Positions 24,371-33,474 of a DNA stretch of 64,000 nt are shown here, one piece after another. How positions within the stretch are numbered: the first letter of the stretch is position 1; each line of letters starts with the position of its first letter. The notes below the pieces were generated by a model. That model saw only the letters and a program-made list of their open reading frames with translations. It was not told where the DNA came from and ran no database searches. Source of the DNA: Utricularia gibba. Its lineage: Eukaryota > Plantae > Magnoliophyta. The DNA is taken from assembly GCA_002189035.1 (NCBI GenBank), contig CM007989.1, positions 6,634,001 to 6,698,000 of the forward strand, given 5' to 3'. The position numbers were made by a program, and so were the translations under genes.

Positions 24371-25785
24371 ATGAGGGAACACACTGACTCTGATTATGTT
24401 GAAATTGGGGAGGTTCCTTCTCCCAGGGTTAAGCATGGGCGAAAAGTCTCGGTTTTGCCGCTTGTGTTCCTAATATTTTATGAAGTATCTGGAGGACCAT
24501 TTGGTGTTGAGGATAGTGTGAAGGCAGCTGGGCCACTCCTTGCTCTTGCTGGTTTTTTGGTGTTCCCAATTATATGGAGTATTCCAGAGGCTTTAATAAC
24601 TGCAGAAATGGGAACCATGTTCCCAGAAAATGGTGGGTATGTGGTTTGGGTTTCATCTGCGTTGGGGCCATTTTGGGGGTTTCAGCAAGGGTGGATGAAA
24701 TGGCTTAGTGGTGTGATTGATAATGCTCTTTACCCTGTCCTGTTTCTTGACTACCTGAAATCAGGGGTTCCATCTTTGGGAGACGGTTATCCTAGGGTGG
24801 CCACTGTGTTGGTTTTGACATTTTTGTTGACATATATGAATTATAGGGGCTTAGAAATAGTTGGATGGGTTGCTGTTATTTTGGGAGTTTTCTCAATTCT
24901 GCCGTTTTTTGTTATGGGGTTCATTTCCATACCCAAACTAAAGCCTGAAAGATGGTTTGTCGTGGACATTCATGATGTTGATTGGAACTTGTATCTCAAC
25001 ACTCTCTTCTGGAATTTGAATTACTGGGATTCAGTGAGCACCCTTGCGGAGAAGTGGAGAATCCCAGGGGAACTTTGCCAAAATCTCTGTTTTATGCCCT
25101 GATTGTTGTTGTTCTGGGATACTTCATCCCTCTGCTTTCTGGCACTGGAGCTATTCCCCTGGACCGTGATCTGTGGACCGATGGCTACTTTTCCGATGTT
25201 GGAAGAATGATTGGTGGAGCATGGTTGACATGGTGGATACAAGCTGCTGCTGCCCTGTCCAACATGGGAATGTTCCTAGCAGAAATGAGCAGTGACTCAT
25301 TTCAGCTTCTTGGCATGGCCGAAAGAGGGATGCTTCCTGAGATGTTTGCTAGAAGATCCCGATACGGAACTCCGGTGGCCGGGATCATATTCTCAGCATC
25401 AGGAGTACTTCTTCTTTCTTGGCTGAGCTTCCAAGAGATCGTTGCTGCTGAGAACTTCCTCTACTGCTTTGGCATGATACTAGAGTTCATAGCATTTGTG
25501 CATCTCAGGATCTCAGCCCCATCCGCCCCTCGCCCCTACCGGATCCCCATCGGAACCGTCGGTACGATTCTAATGTGCATCCCTCCCACCATACTCATCT
25601 GTGTTGTCTTAGCATTCTCCTCCCTCAAAGTCATGGCCGTGAGCCTCGTCGCCGTCGCCATCGGCTTCGCACTGCACCCTTGTCTCAGACAGTGTGAGAA
25701 GAAGAGATGGATGCGGTTTTCTTCCAATTCCCATCTTCCAGATATTCAATCCTCGAGGTATGAGAATGAACATGTGGTGTGGTGA
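24371..25785 (+). CDS. PUT: Polyamine/paraquat transporter of the L-type amino acid transporter (LAT/PUT/RMV1) family; intronless CDS with an apparent 1-nt frameshift at about 25048
   Basis: [55 protein letters not shown] and [10 protein letters not shown], then GEVENP...[20 protein letters not shown] in the next frame. Confidence 0.93.
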
Positions 25786-26705
25786 CAGAATCCCCTCCAA
25801 TCTCATGACAAACAGCTTGGTTTTGGTTGAGGCACTCAGCAGCTTGAAGCAGAGGTCGTTTCCAGATTCAGATGCAGACATGGGAGTAGCACACAAGGAA
25901 GTGTAGTATGAGACATGAAGGGAAGCAACCATCTTCCCCAGCTTGTTCCCTTCCTCTGTAACATATGGAATAAGAACAGGGAGTGCAGGCTCATGCTGCA
26001 ATAAAAGGGATTTGGTTAAATTAGTTTTTATTTGTAATCATTTTGTTATTACAAAATAGAAATGAATGACCATTTTCATGATTCAAATGTTCCCATCAAA
26101 ATAATATGATCTCCATTCTAGTGATCATTTTATATGAATAAAAATGTTGTGGGGTTTGGGAATATTGTTATAAATTGAATAATTAAAAATATATTTAAAA
26201 CATCTTATTTTTTACGTAATTTTATTATAAATTATGAAAGATTTTTTTAAAAAAAAATATTTAGAAATACAGAAAATTAAAAAATCATTTTTAAAAAAAT
26301 ACTAGAATCAAAAAATCTATAAAAATTAATTAATTATTCATTTTAAAAAGAGATTTAATTTTTAGATGTTGTAATCAATTCGAAATCAATGGATTTAGAT
26401 TTCAATTAGATACATTTAAGAGTTGGTTTCAACTCCTCTTCAATTTAAAACAAAAGTTTGTAAAAAATAAAAAAAAAACAAAACAACACAAAAAATACAA
26501 ATTATTTAGCCGTGCTTTCTTTTGGATCATTGTATTAATGTGCTTAATGGGTGGAGGACGTATTGAACTTCACATATGGGTCTCAGAGCTAAACTTAAGG
26601 CCTAGACTTCCATTTCCTATCTTATTTATTTTGTGCATAGCATACGTGAGACCGTGGCTCTTGTTTTCCCGCGTTTGGGAGGTTCAAACATCCTAAATAG
26701 CCTTC

Positions 26706-27152
26706 ATGAATGAGGATAATCGCGAACAACAAGTGTCAAGCATCCAAAACGCTCATGATCCTGTTGATAACATGCTCTTTCCTATGCTTCCTATTTTGGT
26801 GGCATTCTTCTCGGTGAGTATTGATGCTATCTTCAAAGCCCACATTCGCATGAGAACAAATAGAGATTAAATTTGAACAATGGATATTATGAATTTGGGT
26901 TGTTGTTGTGTTTCTGGGTGTAACCTTCCCATCTCGACATATCTATAGGTGGAAGACACTGGTGTGGCATGGGAGATCTCTGATATGCTTGTTGCACCAC
27001 TGCCTACCAATGTGTTCCCTCCCAATGACAACCACATGGAATACCGAATCGCATATCAGTATAAAGTTAAGGGGATCACCGGGGTATATGGCAATGAGGG
27101 TAGTTTGGTGATCAATGTATTCCCTCCCAGTGCCAACTACTTGGAATACTAG
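26706..27152 (+). CDS. Candidate two-exon microprotein (103 aa, or 81 aa from ATG 26772) with a duplicated NVFPPxxNxxEY motif
   Basis: Exon 26706-26813, intron 26814-26948 (GTGAGT...CTATAG, U-rich 3' half), exon 26949-27152; the junction is phase 0 and in frame. No family recognised. Confidence 0.4.
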
Positions 27153-27269
27153 GACACAGATCAGTAGAACGATAAAAGGATTATTGGCTTTTACATCAAC
27201 GAAGCTAAATAGTATTTCTTTCTTTTGTAAATGTATGATTCACAAGATCTTGTATGCACACATGATCTT

Positions 27270-27830
27270 AAACATTGGCAGCTGATAGCTTTATGAGGAA
27301 TCACCAAATGCAACCACTATACAATCCACAAATTCAACAGCAGGTGGTTTTATGAAGCTCCTGCTTCAATCCTTCCACATCAAAATGGCAGTTGGATTGG
27401 AGGTGGTGGCAATCAACCACCTGCAATTGTTAGTCTTGAGAGTCCAAACCTAGTGAGTCAATTTATGTATGGAGGCAGCAACATCATATAATCCTACAGT
27501 TGGGAGGAGGTTTGGAGATCCTTGAAAATGAGCATTGAATAAGAGGTGTGTCATCTGGAGAAAGACAAGAGTCGAGATAAAAAGGAAAGAGAATCACATG
27601 GTCTTATGAGGAGCATAGATTTATAGCCGATAAACTTGTTACATTCTTTCAACACTTCATTCCATTAGAATATTGATACTACATCACCTTTTGGGTCTGT
27701 GATGTAAACTCATTTGGCAGCTCACACGCATCTCACAGCTGGGGGACTTGCACTGACATTCCACCGAATATCTTCATCGCTTGAGATGAGTGTTGATACT
27801 TGGATCAGAAGTGAATGGCACATATGTTTT
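27270..27830 (+). mobile_element. Degraded Q/N/P-rich coding-like segment, possibly an LTR-retrotransposon gag remnant
   Basis: Broken frames RNHQMQPLYNPQIQQQ, PHQNGSWIGGGGNQP and SYNPTVG weakly recall the YNPGWRNHPNFSW region of Ty3-type gag. No LTR or RT found. Confidence 0.2.
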
Positions 27831-28057
27831 TTTTATTTACAAGCACCGCACTCGATCAATCCAATTAATTTACAAAGGCGAGACATCGGATAATTTTCCC
27901 ATGAGGGGTTTCCAAAGCAAGTGAGTTATTATTACACGCAGCTGGGAAAATCAGAAACAATAGGTTTGGGCTGCAGAAGTAGAGATGGTGTGGAAAGTTA
28001 GGGGTCAGAGACAACAAGCAGGAGGGACTCCACAGCAGCAACCGCACCGGTGATCGA

Positions 28058-28297
28058 TCAGATTAAGGCCGCCATAGCAGAAATGCTGTCGTTTGGGGCT
28101 GCGTTTGTAGACAATGGAGGGAGGCGACGTTGAAGGTTGTTAATAAGGCTCTTCTTGATATTCCTGGCAGAATCACGCTTCCGTCTTCTCTCAAAAGGGT
28201 TAGGGTGCTTGATTCCTGGGACATATTCATCTAATGCGAGTTTAAGCTTTGATCTTTTCTTTCCGAATCGCTTTTTGTGACTTACGCGCTTTGTCAT
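28058..28297 (-). CDS. Hypothetical 79-aa K/R-rich ORF
   Basis: ATG in a purine-rich context after a plausible leader; basic N-terminus HKKRFGKKRSK. No family recognised. Confidence 0.3.
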   Translation of the reverse strand: MTKRVSHKKRFGKKRSKLKLALDEYVPGIKHPNPFERRRKRDSARNIKKSLINNLQRRLPPLSTNAAPNDSISAMAALI

Positions 28298-29146
28298 GCC
28301 TTTCCTTTACTTTCTTTTTAGGAATCTTTTTTTGTGAACTTGAGGGAGAAAAGACGTGTGTTTGTGTTTCTTTTGAAACTATGATTATTAAAACACACAA
28401 TATTACGTAGATATTTGAAAATAAAATAATTAAATATATTTATTTTTTTGTAATATAATTCATATATTTTTTATATATTTATACTTAACGTGTATTCTCC
28501 CCTTCAATGCATTATAGTTTTGTCATTTCCTTGCAATATCCAAGGTCGTGTGCAACCAGCGAATCGCAGGTTGGTCAAGGGATATGATACTTGTTATGGA
28601 TCCCCCAAAGTTGTACCATATTTATATTTCGCATATTAAAATAAAAATTTAATATTTAAATCACTAACGAAAATACTTGAGTTTGATTTTTCAAACTTTT
28701 TTTTTATCTTAGTTCACGAGAAATCAATTTCATCGAAAACCTCATCAAACATGATACTTTGATCAAATTGAATTTTGGAACAAAAGGTTGATTTTCTTTT
28801 AAAAAAGAAAAAAATTGCTTTTGTCATACGAAAAATAGTTTTTTAATAATGATTTAATATAGAAATACAATGATAATCGTTATAAGGCTTTTGAAAATTC
28901 AAAGTTTAAGAAAAATCTGTACTTTAAACATTGTCTTTTTTTGACAACCTTTTTTTTTCCAAAATTATCTTATCTTTTCCAACACTATTCCTCCAAAAAT
29001 AGTACACAAAATTACATTCATAATTTTTAATTAAACATTACAAAATGTGACAAAATATTATACATCATAGACGCGTTCACTCAGTGCATAAGGAAGGCTC
29101 TTAACAGCCGTTATTTTATATATGATAACAAGACAAGCAGCTCCGA

Positions 29147-29665
29147 TCATGCCATCAGTAGCCTGCGCGGCGGCGGCGTTGCCTCGATGTCGGAATCAGC
29201 TTCAGTTTCTTGGGCGCAGTTGCGGCGGAGGAGATTCCAGCTATCCCAATTCGCTGCAACAATCAGAAGAATAGAGAGAGCAACAGCTGGAATGAAAGAG
29301 AAGCGCGTAGGCATGAAGAACGCGAGGAACGCGGAGAGAGCAAAGGCAGCAGAGGCGGAAGCAGCAGCGTAAAAAAGGCGCCCGTTTTTCCAGTGGGGGT
29401 AAATGATGGCGAGAATGTGTAGAGTTGCATAAACAAACAGAGACGTGAGGAAGATCTGTTGTACACCGTTCAGGTTCGTCTTGTCGCGTACAAGTGTTAG
29501 GAGAAATATCGCGACCGGGATGATGTTTTTGGTGAAAAATTTGAAAATCTCCATCAGCTTCTCCGTCTTGGAGCTCGTAGAATCGGGCAAGATGGTGGCG
29601 TCGACTGGGGCGGGGAAGTTGATGATGATGTGGTTCCTGGTGAAATGAGGGCTTTTCATTTTCAT
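29147..29665 (-). CDS. Unknown protein with about 4 transmembrane segments (start 29665, or further upstream if spliced)
   Basis: Long stop-free ORF in otherwise AT-rich surroundings; hydrophobic runs IIPVAIFLLTLV, IFLTSLFVYATLHILAIIY, AASASAAFALSAFLAFFM and FSFIPAVALSILLIVAA; acidic C-terminal tail. Confidence 0.6.
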   Translation of the reverse strand: MKMKSPHFTRNHIIINFPAPVDATILPDSTSSKTEKLMEIFKFFTKNIIPVAIFLLTLVRDKTNLNGVQQIFLTSLFVYATLHILAIIYPHWKNGRLFYAAASASAAFALSAFLAFFMPTRFSFIPAVALSILLIVAANWDSWNLLRRNCAQETEADSDIEATPPPRRLLMA

Positions 29666-30801
29666 TTCACAAAGAGACTGAGCAAGCTGTAAGTGCACAT
29701 GAGATTATTTTCGGTTTCATACCTTGCCGGGAAGTAGGGATCCGCCGTGCCATAGCCGCGTGCGTTCTGGTAGACGGCCATTGTCCAATGAAAGTTCGAA
29801 GTGGAACAGTGGGGATTTATAGTCGTAGTTATGCAAGTGTTTACAATTGCATGACGATTTCAACCAATGGTCTCGCAATCTCCCATTGTCAGCATGTGAG
29901 GTGACAGTGGCCATTTAGAATTGCAAGTGGCCATTTTTTGCCACTTTTTTAAATCATCCGATGTGAAATTCTTATATAAAAAATTATAAATTATTAATAA
30001 TTAATTAAAATTAATTTTTTATATTATAATTCATGTTTCATCTGTACTTAAGTTTAATGAGTGCGTTCATCCAACCCAAATAACCAAAATAACCCAGATT
30101 ATTATGAATTTCAACACAAAGTAAGACAAAAATTTTACACATACCGTGGCCACTTTTCTCACACAGTGGGATGACAGGGGCCATTTTTTTAAATCATCAT
30201 TTTGAAAAGTACCCACTGTTCATTTCTCTATCACACACCACACACAAAAAATTGCACACAGTACGAGTATATTTTTAACACATACAAGACACAGTGGTAT
30301 TTTTCAAAAAAAACCCCCACAAATAACTCGGCTGAGGAAATCTTCAAAAAGAAGTGGAGGGTGCTGACACGCAGACTTACGTTGCCCATTTATCAACAAC
30401 CCCGTGGGGCCCATAACTCGAGAATATAGGCTGCCGAAATCAATAAAAAGACGAGTTAATTAGAAAAGTCGCCGTGGCCGTGGGTGGAAAAGCGACTGTG
30501 TTTTTTATTTTATACAATTGACCATTTAATTTTTTAAAAATAATATTATATATATTATTATTTATTTAAAAAGAATATATAATTATTTAATAAAAAAAAT
30601 AAGATCAAATGATACAATATTTAGTTAATTTCGATGAATTTTTAAATGTAATGTCATAAAATGATTTTATTGGTAAATTTTTTGATTGTATGTTGCACAA
30701 GTTAAAGTATAAGATAGTAAAATGAAAATAGATTATATATTGTGATTTAAAAAATGATTTTTTCCTAATATGTACATAAATAATTGTTTTATTTTTTACA
30801 A

Positions 30802-30805
<4 letters not shown>

Positions 30806-30857
<52 letters not shown>
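30806..30857. repeat. (AT)n microsatellite, about 26 units
   Basis: Uninterrupted AT dinucleotide run. Confidence 0.95.
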
Positions 30858-30860
<3 letters not shown>

Positions 30861-31721
30861 TAAACTTATTATAGTTAAAATAATTACATAATAATATTAA
30901 TTCAGTTTATTAATAATGACTAAATTTCATAGAATACAATTTTTTCAATTATTGCTGTGATTAAAAATCAGATTATGGGGGATGTGTTGATTTCTGAGGG
31001 GTAACTTAGTAACCGGCCGATTCGCTTGGATTAGACTTCGATTTTGGTTATTTGGAAAATGAAAAAAGTGAGACGTAAATTTTTTACGTAGAAATCATCG
31101 TGACAAAAAATCACGAAACTGGTTTAACCAGTAGAAATTGGTCTAGGATTAACTGGGTTTTGCCATGCCACAGATTAACTGGTAAACTTATTTCTGATTT
31201 TAAACATTTTATGATTAATTCTCTAAACTTTCTTCTTTCAAAATGTGGTGTCCTAAATTACTTCAACAACCGTGGTACAATCATTAATTACAATTTATTT
31301 TTACCCATATATTCTTGAACATCACCCCTTCTTCAACAAACAACAACCCTAAATTAGGTGATTTTTTAATTAAATGAGTATTGATTTAATTTTTTATTTA
31401 AAATATATCTTTTATTAAATATAATATTATTTTAAATAGGCGTTTTTAAAATTTATGTAATAAATATATTTTAAATTTTAATATTTATTCTTACAAAACA
31501 TTCCAACATAACCGATCAGAACTCGGGTGAATTTTTGAACCGGATTGAATCCGGCACGTCTCGGAAGCTAAACCGGAGGAAAACGGTTTTATTTATATAT
31601 TTTTTTAAACTCGTTTTTTTTTCAATAAAATGGTATAAAAATCCCTTCGGGTGTTGCGGGGCACGGTTAACGGCTCTGAGATTCGGCGGCGCTTCGGTGC
31701 AGCAGTCGGAATCGATAAGCG

Positions 31722-32750
31722 ATGCAAAGTGTAAATTGGGTCTGTTCTTGATTTCATCTTCGAACTGCTTACTGATGAATCTTTTCGTGTTGCTATTTTC
31801 AGCATTCAAAGGGGGGTAGGGGAAGGAAGCCCGAGGAAGGAGCTGGGGGCAAGGAGGATTTGCACGCCGCGGCGAGGTCCGGCGACCTGCCGGCAGTGGT
31901 GGCGATATGCAGCTCCAATCCTCTTTCCGTCAATTCGCGTGACCGCCATTCCCGTACTCCGTATCCTAAACCTCATCCCTGATTTTTGTTTCCAGTCTAT
32001 ACTAGGGCTTCGAAATTCAAGAGGTCAATTTGAGCATAGAAACCCAAGTAAGCTGCTTTGAGCTATGAGTTCAAATTTTTTTTCAAGTTGGGGCTTCCGA
32101 CATTCCACTTGTTTATGCTTTCTGCTTCACATGGGTGTTCTATGCATGGTGCCTTGTAATCTGCTAGTTCAAGTTCAAGAAAAAAGTACTACGAACTTTG
32201 TGTTTGTCCTTAAGCACAGGGAATTCATGAATGTAGACTTCATCTAGCTGCATGGTCTGGCCATACAGAGATCGTGACATACTTGTGCAAGAACAAGGCA
32301 GATGTGGGCGCTGCAGCCATGGATGACATGGGAGCTATTCACTTTGCAGCACAGAAAGGTCATTTGGAAGTCATAAAGATTCTTGTTTCACACGGAGTAC
32401 AAATCAAGATCGCAACCAGAAAGGGCATGACTGCACTTCACTATGCTGCTCAGGGATCCAATCTCAACCTTGTCAAGTACCTGATGAAGAAGGGGGCTAA
32501 AGTGGATTCAAAGAACAAAGCTGGAAAGACGCCGGTCGATCTTGCCAGTAGCGAAGAAATGTGCCGTGCGTTGATGGAACGGGAGAGGGATCAGGTGATG
32601 TCCAAGGATGATTTGGGCGAAGAGGGAAGTGAGAAGAGAAGTGGGGAAGCAACTAACGAGGATCAACGGAATGCTAAGAAGCCCAAGGTGACGTTAGACC
32701 ATCTTCTAGCTGCGGAAGACACACAGGAAGATCAAGAGAATGCCGATTAA
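31722..32750 (+). CDS. Ankyrin-repeat protein (ANK6-like), 3 coding exons
   Basis: MQS|HSKGGRGRK...DLHAAARSGDL...NSRDRHSRTP|LHLAAWSGH...AIHFAAQKGH...TALHYAAQGS...GKTPVDLA...KKPKVTLDHL. Introns 31731-31802 and 31961-32236. Confidence 0.9.
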
Positions 32751-33474
32751 ACTAAACTGCACAAAACAAGTGTTCTGCACTTCTAGACATCGGTATTTGC
32801 AGTCTTTTCTAATACACTCTGCACCTTGACAAGTATTGCACCACCAAAAGAGCAGTCTTTACCCTTCAGTTTTTTGAACGTATGTTCTGATCACTGGTAA
32901 ATTACCCATCTTGAACTGCACAGGCAACTCTGCGAAACCGACTGAAGGGGAAGACGAAAACTACAAAATTGATCTATGAAGTAAAATGTGAGAAGGATTT
33001 AGTAGATAATAGCTGAGAGAGAGCGACGATATCTGTGGATCCATCTCAGCGGTTGTGGCCGCCGCTGGCTTCGGAATTCTGCACTCCTGCTCAGTTTTCG
33101 TTTCAGTCGAAACAACAAGCCTTCCATACGACAAGGGTGCAGTTTCTTCACATACTGAAAGCAGATCACAAGAAAAAAAAAAAAAAAAACCCGCAAGACC
33201 TTCTCGAGCGCGATGCAGAAACAGATTGCTGCAAATTTTGTGAAAAAACCCTCTGCAGGGGAAGATGGAAGACGATGGCTATTTGTAATATGTGTTGGCC
33301 CATTATGCCAATTCTGAAAGCCCCCCAAGTGGTAACACATGCAGACGACAAGGCTGAGAAGTTGGTCAAAATTGTGGAGATAACACATGAAGATGATCAG
33401 AATTGCTGTAGTAGCACCAAGAGATGTTCAGAGCGCCGAAGGATGTCGTCCTGGACTCGAACTCAAATGGTTAA

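Noticed and set aside
27129-27149. PSAN in the candidate microprotein resembling PSY1 (DYGDPSANPKH)
   Set aside because: Lacks the N-terminal DY sulfation motif and the conserved His, so it is not called a PSY peptide.
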